A stretch of DNA of 55,471 nt, filler included, from Trypethelium eluteriae (taxonomy: Eukaryota), in the NCBI GenBank assembly GCA_051942245.1. It is 2 parts of 2 records of this genome, joined end to end, with 100 filler letters (N's around TTAATTAATTAA, not from the genome) between each part and the next. Parts side by side here need not be neighbours in the genome. Positions count along the whole stretch, not along the records: positions 27,794 to 55,471 come from JAVECL010000327.1; 1 more part is not named here. One strand, given 5' to 3'. The notes under the pieces were generated by a model. That model saw only the letters and a program-made list of their open reading frames with translations, ran no database searches and was not told the DNA's origin. The translations under genes were made by a program, and so were the position numbers. This document shows positions 33,236-45,077 of the stretch, one piece after another (the stretch's first letter is position 1; each line of letters starts with the position of its first letter).

Positions 33236-34957
33236 TGCGAGATGATCGTGTTATGCTATGTGGGCGCTTGCGCGGTGGTTCGGAGGTGACGAAAGGATGA
33301 AGACTCAAGCTACGCCACGATTGCCGGTGAACGAGCTCTTGAGAGTCAGGCAGCGAGCATAGCAGCATGGGAAAAACTGAGCCGCAGGCAGCCGAGCCTT
33401 CACGATGGATGCGATGGTGGAATTTGGTGGTGTCGTGGGCCGCGGGGGAGAGAGAGGGAGGCACTTGAAGTTCCCAAAGCTCGAGCCGCACCGAATCGCC
33501 GCCGAACAGCGAGCGACTTCACCTCCTTCTGCCTGCTGCCCCAGCGTGCTCAACTCACCACGCTTGCGTCTGTACCTAAACCCCCCCAATTCATCGATCT
33601 AGAGCCCGCTCCGTGTTTATAGGCTCATAGCCTCTCATTCGAAAACGTCCGATTGGGCCGATCTGACTGTTGTGCGCTCGCGATTACCTAGTCTTTGAAC
33701 AGTGGGGCCTCATGCGGAGATCGCAGACTCCGCTGTCTGCTCCGCACAAGCCTGTACAATACATTGTGCCCGCACTCTTACTGAGACGGATAAATCACCA
33801 GTATTGGTTCACGGAGCAATCATCCACGATGAGAGTCTCACAATCTAGGTTTCCAAATCCATGACAGATATTCAGATAGTTTAGGGTGCGCTGAACTCCT
33901 ACATAGTTCAACCTGTCCTTTCAATCATTCTGTATGCTTCTTGACTGCGAGTTTCACATTACAAGTTTGATATGGCGGCCTCATCGGCATATCAGAGCGA
34001 CTTGTTTCCATTTTGACCCAGCAAAGGGTGAAATACTTTCTCGACCATCCCGGTTTCCTTTCTTCATATCTTTGACACCAGAGCCTAAGAACCACTATCT
34101 CAAAACCGAAACTGATTTCAAGACTTCGGTATTAGACGGTCAACATTGCTGGTCTAGAATTTGAGTCTTCAGGGATGGTTTTGACATTATAGACCTCTTA
34201 GAAATGAGACCGGCCAGATCAGATAATGTTTCAGAAGACCCGTCAGATCCCAATCATCACGATTACTAACTTTGATTGAGGGCTCAGCTCCAAATCAGAA
34301 TATCATCATTCTCGTTCCCTCGGATCAGAGTGAGTCTAGCAGAGATCAAGTGATAGTCACTAGAAGTGTAAAGGAGACAAGGTCAATATTCAATTGCCGT
34401 TGACACAAAATGATTGCATACGGAACTCATTCTTGCAAAGGTACGGGAGGATTCTCTTTTCGCGCAAGTCCTACCAAAGAATTGATTAAGATAAGCAATG
34501 ACGATCCTGATTTCAAGAGATCGCGCTTCATCAACGCGACAGCCTGACGCTTTGGAGACGACAGAGCGGTATGGTGGAAGCCCCGTTATGTTCCTTCACC
34601 AAGGCAGGTGCATCAGATAAACATTTTGGGTGCACTGTAAGGAAGAAAAGGTTCTCCTGTACGGGTTGTCCAATATGTACTTCGTGAAGAAAGGTTTCGA
34701 TGGGTTGATTCACTTTACCTGTGAGTTCGAGAGAAGTTGACAAGCAGGACTCGGCGCTGGGCGGTTCCTGCAGGAGAAGCAAGATGTCACGTGAATGTGA
34801 TTTGCGTGGACCGGCCCGGGGTCCGTCTGCGCGCGCGGAGACAATACCGGCGGCGATGGAACTCGCCGTCCAAACTACTTCATCTACACCACGCTCCGGA
34901 GTTCAGCCTACTGCAACACCCCACTACCATCTTTGAAGCTTCATTTGCTGACAAGCT

Positions 34958-35440
34958 ATGAGTCGAGGAGGAAAACTTGCCCCAGAAGTCAATCGGTATG
35001 TGCTTCGCATCCAGCCAAGCAGTCAACTGTGTCACACGACATTGGCTAATCTATCATTGCAGTGCTCTGTTCGTTAAGAACCTGAGTTACAACGTCACTC
35101 CAGAGGAACTCTTCGACCTCTTTGGCAAGTTTGGTCCTGTTCGGTATGTTGATCTTCTCACCCCTCTTTCTTCTTTTGGTCTTGTCCACAAGCTAACCCC
35201 TACCTTCATAGTCAAGTCCGTCAAGGTATCGCAAACAACACCAAAGGAACCTGTTTCGTCGTCTACGAAGATGTAGCCGATGCAAAACAAGCCTGCGATG
35301 GCCTGAACGGCTTCAACTTTCAGAACCGTTACCTCGTCGTCCTCTACCATCAGCCAGAGAAAATGGCCAAGTCACAAGCTGACCTCGCCGAGCGCCAAGA
35401 GAATTTAGAGCGTTTGAAAAAGCAACACGGTATCGAATAA
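34958..35440 (+). CDS. SF3B6: Pre-mRNA branch-site protein p14 (U2 snRNP SF3b subunit), 115 aa, 3 exons
   Basis: Exons 34958-34995, 35063-35143, 35212-35440: MSRGGKLAPEVNRALFVKNLSY...GTCFVVYEDV...GFNFQNRYLVVLYHQ (single RRM). Confidence 0.95.
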
Positions 35441-35972
35441 CGCCAGGCGCAGCTCCCGCGCGCCGCACCTTTGCCTTCGCCAAAGGAGTTGGAGTCGGTC
35501 GGAGGATCTCCCAAGGCGAGAGATTTTGCGCCGGTTGCTCCGTTGGAAACTGCGTTGCGGGAGCTGCATATTGGTTCAGACATTAGACATGGGAATGAGA
35601 AGCGTGCAGTGCATTTGAAGCGTACGAAGAAGACGATTGCTACGAAGCAGCCTGTGAAGGCAAAAGTGGGCAGCATTACCTTGGCTGCTCGGTTTGCTGG
35701 TCGGGCGTTTGGGATCAGGGCAGGTTAGACTGCTTGTGATACCATGTTTTTTTTTCTTAGCCAGTTGAAAGGGGAGGCCTCTTTCTTATATCGCGAAAGG
35801 AGGTCTACTCTTGTTTTCTTTTCCTTTCCGGACTTCGAGTGGTATGATCCTCGATATGACCGCCGAGGGACAGGCCTGTTTATCAAAGAATATACAAGCT
35901 TACCCAAGTTCTGATCCCAAACCCGTATCATGATCACTCGGTCTACTTTTGGCTCGTTCCACCCTGCGCGCG

Positions 35973-38645
35973 TCATCTATCCATATCGATAAGCTTACGC
36001 TGCAACTCGCGCCCCTCATCCAAACATCGTTTTGCCTCCCTCGTACATCCATGATCTTCTCCCAAAGTCAGCTTGTAACCTTCCAGCGCCAACTCAAACT
36101 GCTTATTCGCTTTCTTCTGACCCTCTATCTTTCCCTGGTCTCCGCCCAATGCGAGGTACAGTCTCCCCAATTCCATCCTTGTAAGTAGCACTACCTTGAA
36201 CAACGGCCCTTTTCCTTTGTCATCCGCTCCCACACTATCTCTCCACACTGCTTCCGCCTGAGCTACTCGTTTCTCATCGTACAGCACACCTGTGAGATAG
36301 TTCCGATACCGTAAAGCCGCCGTTGGGGATGTCGTTTCTCGCGTTGACACCACGTGAAGCGCTTCTCGCAGCGCCTTTACGGCTTCTTCGTGATGCCCTT
36401 CGCGATATTTTATTTCAGCAAGGAGACGTAGACTACCAAAATGATGGCAAGCCCCCTCAAGCGCGCTATTTTCCAGCACGACTCGACAGCAGCGTTCTGC
36501 CTCGCAAAGTTTGCCTTGCAGATAGTAGATGTTGGCAAGTTTGAATTGCGACTCGAGCGTCTGGGGATGATCGAGGCCAAAATGCTGCTTTTCACGGCTG
36601 AGGATGCGCAGCCAACCGTCTTCAGTGGGTGAGCAGCGGGGTTGAGGGAAGCGGAGATCGGACCAAAAGTGAGTGAAAGCAAGCATGCCAGGCTCGTGAA
36701 TGTCGATATCTTCGATTGGAGAGGTGAAGGAGCGGGCATAGAGGGCATTGGAAAAGCGAGACATACGGAAGTGTCGAACGTAGTCTACAAGGTAGAACTG
36801 ACATAACATTGCGGTTTCCTTTTGGCCATCGGTCCAGTGTACGGCGTAGGCTTTGATGTTTCCCAAACAGGTCCGGACATGTGTGATGAGTTCCTGCTGC
36901 TTTGATGATGACAGGTGCATGAGGATTGGCAACCCGCACTCGGGAGAGATACACAAATCGAAGTATGACTTGACTGTGTTTGCGATGACGAGAGTTGCCT
37001 CAAAAGCATGTTCGGGACCGTCCTCCGTACATCGTAATCGATCAGCGATCAATGGATGTATTGAGAAGCTGATATCAGGGCTACCATAATCGATCTTTAC
37101 AATGAGTGACAGACTGAGAAGATTGACGAGCGTATCCTCGTACTTAATTGAGTCCCACTTGCCATCCTTGATGAAGATGCCAAGTGCCCTCGAGATAACA
37201 CCCCCAACACGGTTTTGAACGGTCGTGCCCTGGCTCAGTATGAACTCACTGATAAGTGACGGGCTTAGAAATGCCAGAGTTGAAAGAAACGATAGAACCC
37301 CTCCTCTTTCTCCGTCTGTGGCTAATTGCTCGAAGGACATATCCCATGTCGTGTATGCATTTAGTGCTATGTCCTGTCGATCCAGATGTCGGCTGTAGCC
37401 CCACGATCCCAGAGTATGCTTGAGGACGTTTTCTTTCCGAGCATCATATTCACTAAGGAAACGTGATAAGGGAAGTTGCTTCGTGCCGATGTATGCTGCT
37501 GCTTGGTCGATAGCAAGCGGATGATGTCCAAGGCGTTTGACAATATCTAGACCTATTTGCTGAGTCTCATTGTTTTTCTCTTGGAATGATCGAATCAGCA
37601 GAAGATTCAGTGCTTCGTCATCGGTCATCCCATTCATTCTGAGGGTGGAACGCGGTGCAAGCTGTACAGAGGCCAAGCTATGACGACTGGTGATTATTAC
37701 ACTTCCGTTTGGGTATGGAGGAATGAAAGACCCAAAGTTGGGACAGAGGTCAGGATCGTCGAAATTGTCGAATACCATGAGCCATGGACTTGACCATTTG
37801 CCTAGGTGATGCTGTACAAGACGTATGGCTTTTTCTTCGTCATTGTCCGACCTTCTGGAGTCCAGAGCTAATAATTCTGCTATCTTCTCAAAAGAGGATA
37901 CTATAGAGGCTCTATCATAGGCATTGATCCAGAAGATACCCCGATAAAAGGCCTTTGCTCTGGCTTCGTGGCAATATCTAAGAGCAAGTTGGGTCTTCCC
38001 TTGCCCTCCCATACCAAGAATCGTGGTAATCCGCGCATTAGGAGGCTCCTGTGGCCTTGAAACAAGAAGATCTAGCTCATCAAATAAAGAGGTTCTCTCG
38101 ACAAATTGTGTTGTAAGTTTGTTTGGAACGTCAAAGAGAGTCGTAGTGTCATATAAGTGGTAGCTGGGCGGCGCATCCTCACCTTTCCCAATTTTTGGAA
38201 CCCTGAATGCGATTCGATAAGTTTCCGAGCTAAACCATAGAGATAGACTCGCTTTGTACTCCGCGAGCGCCCTTTGCCATTGTACAATCTCTCCATTTTT
38301 CCAGAGGAATCTAGCACTCTTGGACCAGCGTTGAAGTTTCGAATCGGTCTCAACAGGAGATACTCTTTCAATGATAGGATGGAGCTTTTTGATGTGCCGC
38401 TGGCATCCTTGAACCAACTTCACTAAATTCTCATCCTCTTGGAGTCCGCCTTGACTTGTACTTTGATCCACGGGAATCCTATCAAGAAGTTCCACAAGAC
38501 TTTCCAGTTGAATTATGATATCCTGACGGACGACATTCCCCTCTTGATACTCTCGTAATTGCTTTAAAACTTTGTTGCCAGCATCTATGCACGAAATAAT
38601 CGACGTTGCCACACCCAGCACTGCAATGAATTCCGCGCCGGACAT
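35973..38645 (-). CDS. Fungal NLR-like protein: SesA/HeLo-like N-terminal helical domain + NB-ARC + TPR
   Basis: Start MSGAEFIAVLGVATSII; Walker A GMGGQGKT, Walker B LMVFDNFD, VIITSR, GHHPLAI (GLPL-like), IHPL (MHD position); kinesin-light-chain-type TPRs (HFGLDHPQTL, TLGEDHGCT). Confidence 0.9.
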   Translation of the reverse strand: MSGAEFIAVLGVATSIISCIDAGNKVLKQLREYQEGNVVRQDIIIQLESLVELLDRIPVDQSTSQGGLQEDENLVKLVQGCQRHIKKLHPIIERVSPVETDSKLQRWSKSARFLWKNGEIVQWQRALAEYKASLSLWFSSETYRIAFRVPKIGKGEDAPPSYHLYDTTTLFDVPNKLTTQFVERTSLFDELDLLVSRPQEPPNARITTILGMGGQGKTQLALRYCHEARAKAFYRGIFWINAYDRASIVSSFEKIAELLALDSRRSDNDEEKAIRLVQHHLGKWSSPWLMVFDNFDDPDLCPNFGSFIPPYPNGSVIITSRHSLASVQLAPRSTLRMNGMTDDEALNLLLIRSFQEKNNETQQIGLDIVKRLGHHPLAIDQAAAYIGTKQLPLSRFLSEYDARKENVLKHTLGSWGYSRHLDRQDIALNAYTTWDMSFEQLATDGERGGVLSFLSTLAFLSPSLISEFILSQGTTVQNRVGGVISRALGIFIKDGKWDSIKYEDTLVNLLSLSLIVKIDYGSPDISFSIHPLIADRLRCTEDGPEHAFEATLVIANTVKSYFDLCISPECGLPILMHLSSSKQQELITHVRTCLGNIKAYAVHWTDGQKETAMLCQFYLVDYVRHFRMSRFSNALYARSFTSPIEDIDIHEPGMLAFTHFWSDLRFPQPRCSPTEDGWLRILSREKQHFGLDHPQTLESQFKLANIYYLQGKLCEAERCCRVVLENSALEGACHHFGSLRLLAEIKYREGHHEEAVKALREALHVVSTRETTSPTAALRYRNYLTGVLYDEKRVAQAEAVWRDSVGADDKGKGPLFKVVLLTRMELGRLYLALGGDQGKIEGQKKANKQFELALEGYKLTLGEDHGCTREAKRCLDEGRELQRKLIDMDR

Positions 38646-39561
38646 TGAGCACCTCAGCAGCGCAGAGACGCTCCGGCTGAAGCCGAGGCAAGGCACTGCT
38701 GAACCGTGAGTAAGACATCAGAATCATTTGGCGCTTTTGTTTCCATTTGCGACCAGCTGATATGGTTGTTAAGCTTACCTGCCGCTCCCTGGATGGCCTT
38801 AGGCAATAGTCAACCCCTTGAGAGAGCGGAGCACTTCCGTCATCCGATACTTGTCATCGCGATACAAGCTTTCATAACCCACAATTTGTAGACAAATGAC
38901 CGTTCAAACTTGCTACTGGCATGATCTTCTCGGCGTCCACTTGCAGAGAGGTTGTGGCCGAAGAACGGCCATTAAACCAGGCAACCAGGCCCCCCTCCGA
39001 AGAGACGACGATCTCGTCTCAGCCTCACGCCGCATGCATGCGTGTCTGCCCTGTGGCTTGCGCTCAGATCAGGGCAACTATTCGAAGTAGGGAGTTACTC
39101 CCTACAAATGGTGTTCAACTAGTGAGGCAGATCAGAAAGCTCCTGAAAAACAGCTCAGTTTCCTTTATGCCAGAATTAGTCCTGGATACCCTGGTGCCAT
39201 TTCTAGATTCTCACGACCTAGCGGGCACGGTAGCGCGGAATACCACGATTGAAACTAAGACTAACTGCTTATCAGAAAAGACAGAAGATGCTCAAGGCAA
39301 TCTGCCCATTATTTCACAGTGCTCGATAATCAGAACCTTTTTGAAAACTTCCATATTCAAATGAAGGCTAGGTTTAGTTTGCGCTACAATGAGCAGATGG
39401 ACAAATTTCTTAAAAAAATAATCATCGTACCAACATAGGCGAATTTCAGGTTTTAGAACATTATCGATCCAATCCACCTTAATTTCCTACTCACCCATAC
39501 CTCCTCCTTGCTGAAGTGTCCATAGGTCCTCAGCCAGAAGTACTACCCGGCTTCACATCGG

Positions 39562-40396
39562 TTACGATAGCCCGCACTTGCTCAGACACTCAGCACTACC
39601 AGCATTACTTCCGGTACCAATCGCCGGAATGTTGTTCATCGTCGCATTGAGCTGCGACCCCGTTGCCCCGAGAACGGTACCGATGATCTGATCGTTCAGC
39701 CGATAGAAATTATTGGCGGCATTCAGAGTTCCGGCGTTCTCGGCATTGAGAGAAGACACGAGCTGGACATTACCGCAGCCTAAGACGATCAGCTTGTTCT
39801 TATCAACGGAGTGGAAATGTGGTAGTGACGGAGTAAGGACAGCCCCTACCTGTATTGACCATGGTATGTAGACTTCCGCGGGGGAAAATGGTCATCTGCA
39901 ATGGCTGCAAATTCTGCTTAATGACAGGCGCGTCATTCTCTTGGATCATATACGTGTCGACGGAAGCATTGGGATTGGAAGCAGTGAGGACGACGAAGTT
40001 GTCTGCTCGGGGGTGATGATGTGGCGGCAACATGGCACAAGGGCCTAGATTGAGGATGGCGAGCGTTAGACCATGACCGACGACTGCCTAAATATGACTT
40101 TAGTGAGGATTACTCTCTTCAGTAAGTGCCATTATGATAAGGCTTCTTACAGGAAAGCTGTCTGTATTGGCGTTAATTACGCCCCCGGGCTGGAAAGTAT
40201 AAGTTGGCTGTGTTTTGAAGTCGAACTTCAGATCCGCCGCCGAGAGTTGGCTTAGCTGTGCCAGTCCCTCAGGCTGTCCCATTAGTTGAGAGACCTTTTG
40301 TGAGTTTGCGGTCGATGTGGTGGCAACGGTACTAAAGCCAAGCCCAGCAAGGAGAAACAAGGATGATACTCTGCGAAAGTCCATCTTGGAGAGCAT
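39562..40396 (-). CDS. Secreted cupin_1 protein, spherulin-1/germin-like, 3 exons
   Basis: Exons 40396-40151, 40087-39850, 39779-39562 (alternative start MDFRR four codons downstream). Signal peptide; LNLGPCAMLPPHHHPRADN (box 1), IFPRGSLHTMVN (box 2); C-terminal CLSKCGL. Confidence 0.9.
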
Positions 40397-42427
40397 ATAG
40401 CTTGAATAGATGCCTGGAATGAGATTGAAGGGGCTATTTTTCGAATTGATACGCGTTGGAGTATGGACTTGAGCAAAGGAAGTTCAGCGCGTAACGAAAT
40501 ATATATTGAGATCCAGCCGCTATGTCTGAAGCTTGAAGCTGATTAAGGCCTGCAAGTGCAACATGACGGAAAGTCCCCTACGACCGTATTGACGATTGGT
40601 CCGTCCGGGCCAAAAATGGCATTACTCTTCAAGGCCAACCCACAGCCTTCAAGGCGTTCAGATCCAGGCCGATCTGGGCAACCCCCAGAATGGCTCGGTA
40701 TTCAGCGCGATCAGGTAGAAGCAACGAGGACTGCTGTGCCGAACAAGAAGAACATGCAGAGGGCGCCTGGTCATTAGGTGGATTAATGAGATCCATGTCG
40801 ATCACCGAGGCAGCTGACCCCAAACAGCTATTTAGAAGGCCAGCGCGTTTACATGCGATCCAGCGCGAATCCTGCGATCCTACAGCCGCGTCCAGATATG
40901 GAACACCTGAGCAGTGCAGTCAGGCCGATCTTACTATCGGGATTTGACGATGGAATGGAGGCTAACTTATGAAAGAGGGCGCAGGGCGGTCGTGTAGAAG
41001 GTTGAGGCATAGGCGAACTTAATTATTATCACCTACCCAGAGGCATGGAGTAAGTGTAGGACTGTAGGTACGGTACCTACTCTACTGTAGATGCCTGCGA
41101 CTCATGCTTTTCCTGTTGTTCCGCGCGTAGCCGAAAAGCGTTAGCATAGCTCCGATATCAAGGTAGGTTAGTCTCTCTCGGCCACCGATTGGACTTCATG
41201 AAAATTGGAAGTTACCACCTACATTAGTCTACTTCTAAACTGTGTATTCAAGCTTATCATGCAGAGGTTACCGGAGCTTTTCGCTTCCTCCCGTTCAGAG
41301 ATGATATCACCACGTCTTGCGTCCGAGTAAAGCGACGATGTCTTTGCGAAATGCGGGCTAGAGTATTGAACATGAGCGTTGTGAACACATAAAACTTAAT
41401 GCAGGTTGTTGACAATGATAGTGCAATGCACGGCTTGAAGATGCTACATTGAATACCTGCGCAAATTTTTCTTCGTTCGGCTCGCCCTAAACTGCTGGCT
41501 TCTATTCGATCCGTGTGACGATAGCCCGCTCCCCTGATCTTGAGCTTGACCACAATCGATATTCACAAACAGTTATGGTAACGAACACACCATGTATTTC
41601 TTTCAGTATGGCTTCGGGCTTGCTCAGCTCTCTTCGCGGCTAGTGAACTTCTTGCTCCCATATTTCACCGTAAAGAATAGACCCTGCTGCTAAGAGTAAC
41701 TATGTCCGCAAGGCTAATCTCGGGAATCCCTCGGATTAGTAGGCAAGGCGCCTGAATGCGAAGCGTTGGGACTGCAGTATATGTAGAGATGCCTCAGTCT
41801 AGCCTTATCAACCGCCTCGAATGTCCTCGCATTTCCGTTTAGGGACGTGGTCAATTTCAGTCTTATCAGATGCCTGAGCAATGCACAATGCAATTCCCCA
41901 TGGGGCTTGCCTCGCATCCAAGATCGGAAGATAATCTGCAGAACGTTGATATCCCCGCAGCGATTTCAAGAAGAGTAGTAGCTCTGAGTTCCAGTGGAAG
42001 CATGTGAAATGGACATTGGTGCGCTGGTAAGACTCTTTACCTTTCAAGGCCGCCAGTATCTTTTGACCCCAGCCGACTCTAGAGCAAAGGACCCCTTGCT
42101 TGTGAAATGCTTAGGTCTCGTGCATGGTTAAGGTCTGCTGATTAGATGGGCCAAGAAACATTCCGTATGCGTTGTTTTTCACAAGGATTCCCAGGAAACT
42201 CTCGAGTAAGCTTTTCATATCTGCTGATTGTAGCCGGATGGCCCAATGGGTTGCAAGATGGACAACGTAGGTGCTGAATCTGTCTACTAAGTTTTATGTC
42301 CAGATTTGAAAGTGTACAGTCCTGTCGATGCCTGGCATTCGTAGTATCTCGTGCTACTTCTAAGTACTTAGTGCAGGCGCCCATGTTACATGAGTCTGCA
42401 GGGAATATTTCGGTGGCTACACTACAG

Positions 42428-43116
42428 CTAGCGCGCCTTGATACTCTCAGCTGCATTATTTGGTCTGTCTTCTTTCCTGCTCTGAATACGCTCGTCCGCT
42501 TCAGATTGGTCACTGTCTGTTGGAAAATCCCTCACCATGTTGCGAACATAGTCGAGCGGGGCTGCTAACAATCCAGCAAGGGTTTCAAGATGGACCTGGG
42601 TGGGAGCATCCGGATGACTCCTAGTAGGAGCTATCAACTTCGTTCTCTGAAAATCCCGGGCCAAAGCCTCGCTCTCCGCTCTAGGTAGTAGCTTCTCAAG
42701 ACGCGGCATATCCTCGTTTGCTTCGTGCTCAATGTGGTGATGTAAAACCCCCATCAGATCATCTAGGAGCGGCCAGAATTTTGGATCTGTTGGACTCATG
42801 TCTTGTACTTGATATAGGTAATTCTTGACCTGTTCCTACATGAGTCGCGGCCAGGCATGTTTCGTTGGCTTAGACTCACCCCAAGATGTTGTTCCTTGTC
42901 TGTTTTTGTGAGCTGGACGCCTATATCTCCGAGGTGCTTCTCCATGGCTGGATAGAGTGTCAGCTCCTCACTGATAGCATGGCGGGCGAGCGTCCAAGTG
43001 AGCTGGTTCCGCCAGCGAACTTTAGCGGCATCATCGACCGCGTTCTTGATGTTGTCATAGTAAATATCGATGGAGTGGTGGTCAGCTCCGATCGCTTCAG
43101 AAATAGTTTCTCCCAT
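42428..43116 (-). CDS. Hemerythrin HHE cation-binding domain protein, 2 exons
   Basis: Intron 42879-42830; motifs DH, ARHAISEE..LYP, EQH, HHIEHE and the family C-terminal PTRSHP. Confidence 0.92.
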
Positions 43117-43489
43117 TGTGTCTGATTTTCCGAACTATACTCAAGATCAGAGCAATTCTTGCAAACGGTCAAAAGAAGACTAGAAGTTTCGCATCTAATG
43201 ATCAAGGGACTCGGCAAAGGCGGAGCGCAAGACTGAAGGATTGATGCTTCGACTTGCAGGACCAAACCCTCATGTATTTCGGTTGGATGCGTGCTGAGTT
43301 GCAAAATGTATGACGCGAAGATCGGGCCATGGACTGATTCGATCATGTGTGGAAGATTGGCAGTCGGATCGCCCGTCCCGATGGACCCTCATAGTTAAGT
43401 TCACTGACATACCTACCTAGATTGATCTTCCTTCTCTTGTTGACACCTGGAATTTGGAGCAAAGCATCCTACGTGAAATATGACGCCTT

Positions 43490-43499
43490 GTGACGTCAC
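43490..43499. promoter_or_regulatory. Palindromic CRE/ATF site GTGACGTCAC upstream of the hemerythrin gene
   Basis: Exact TGACGTCA core ~375 nt upstream of the ATG, with extra TGACG half-sites at ~43481 and ~43311. Confidence 0.55.
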
Positions 43500-45077
43500 T
43501 TTTACGTTTTTTTGGCCTCACTGTTTAGACAGAAGCAAGCAGCCGTATCAAAGACTTTCATCAAGGGACAGGCAAACTGTCTAGGCTGCCTCACTGACAT
43601 GGTCAGCAACTCCTTCAAAATCTCCCCTGAAAAAGGTGGTAAGCAAGCAACAGCCAACTCGCAATGGTAGAGCATCGCCCTACATACCCACGCCTGGATA
43701 CCTGTACACTTCGTTCCTCGCAAACAGGTGCCCACCGATACTTGCGCATTATGTATTCATCGATCCGCCAAGCTTTATCGTCTTGTGATTCCAGACGTAC
43801 TAGTACATCCAGTTCGGGATCCACATGAAGGACAAGATGCTTGTTTGGTTGTATATGCTGAGGTTCTTTATTCCAGACTTGACTGATCATCTAGTCAAGG
43901 TTACCTTGAGGTTCCTTTCCGACGTGACAATAGAGACACCGAAGATAGTAAGACTGCGGCAAGACTGCTCGAGCTCACCGCCAAAGACTACTATCTGAAT
44001 TACACACAAACCGGCGGAGCTTTCTTCCATTTCTTCCTCACAATGCCCCATGAGGAGCACGTCGAAGTACTGGGGCTGATAGTGAGCATTTTCAACAAAG
44101 GAGACTCCGTATTTTATATTGAAGGAGAGAAGACCATTTGGCAGGCCGGTCTGATCCAAGGTGAGATTGATTGACTGAGGATATCTCAGAGCGCAGATAA
44201 CACGAAGGAGCAAGGAGAAGTTAGACTCAGAAGACGCAAAGAGTAACAATGGCGGAGACAAATTCTGTGGCACGCCAGCGATGACCCATACAGCGGCATC
44301 GCCGAGTTTGCGCAAGCTGGAATATGAAGAAGACACCAGTTTTTGGGCTCGAAAAAGTGATGTATGACGATGTGCCGCGGCAGCGGGAATGACGCTATCT
44401 GGATATGGTTAGACACTGCAGTGTAGATGTCGCTCCTGCAGATCTTTGCATGCAGCTTGCGAGTTTTCCGCTCAAATTATGGCTGTTCCAAAAGATTCAG
44501 ACATGGACTGCCGACCACGTATCTTCAGTGTACGGCAGTGCGCACATACGATGAAGTAGCATAAAGCCAATTTCGGTCCACTGACAACACAACCCCTGTA
44601 GCCGCACGAGGCAAAGTGATAAAGCAGTATGCTATCAGCGTTATCATTACCAGGCACAATGACCTTATTCCTCCAGTTCCATGATGGTTTCCCAGCATGC
44701 CTTTCACGCTAGCTTCGTACGGAAATGCAACATCGATAACTGAAGCAGATTTGGAATACGTCCGTGACCCTCCATGATCAGGCATACTTGATCGACCTTT
44801 ACTCCGAGCAACGTCCACAAGGGCTAGATCGAAAGTCTCGACGTTACTGTGATGGCTGCAAAGAAGATACTGTAAGTCACCGGCAAAGTATACAATATGA
44901 CTAAGACACAACGGTACATCTTAATGTCGTCTGGCTTACAGGAAACGCTATGCAGTGGTACAGCATATTGGCGTTAGATCTCCAGCATCTGTGACTCTGA
45001 GCAGCATGTCATCACTACCTTGTTATCACATCAATTCATACTCTAGAATCAACCATAGAAAAATGTTTGTTTTCATG

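Noticed and set aside
35350..35728. Overlapping 108-aa (-) and 85-aa (+) ORFs after SF3B6
   Set aside because: Non-ATG or antisense-overlapping starts and no domain; consistent with 3'UTR sequence.
38100..38230. Linker between the helical N-domain and NB-ARC checked for HRAM/sigma/PP amyloid motifs
   Set aside because: The sequence (SSETYRIAFRVPKIGKGEDAPPSY...) has no N/Q/G pseudo-repeat pattern.
41064..41080. Near-perfect palindrome gtaggtacggtacctac, and other 10-12 bp palindromes (e.g. 347-358, ~54193)
   Set aside because: A few such short palindromes are expected by chance in 55 kb; no supporting context.
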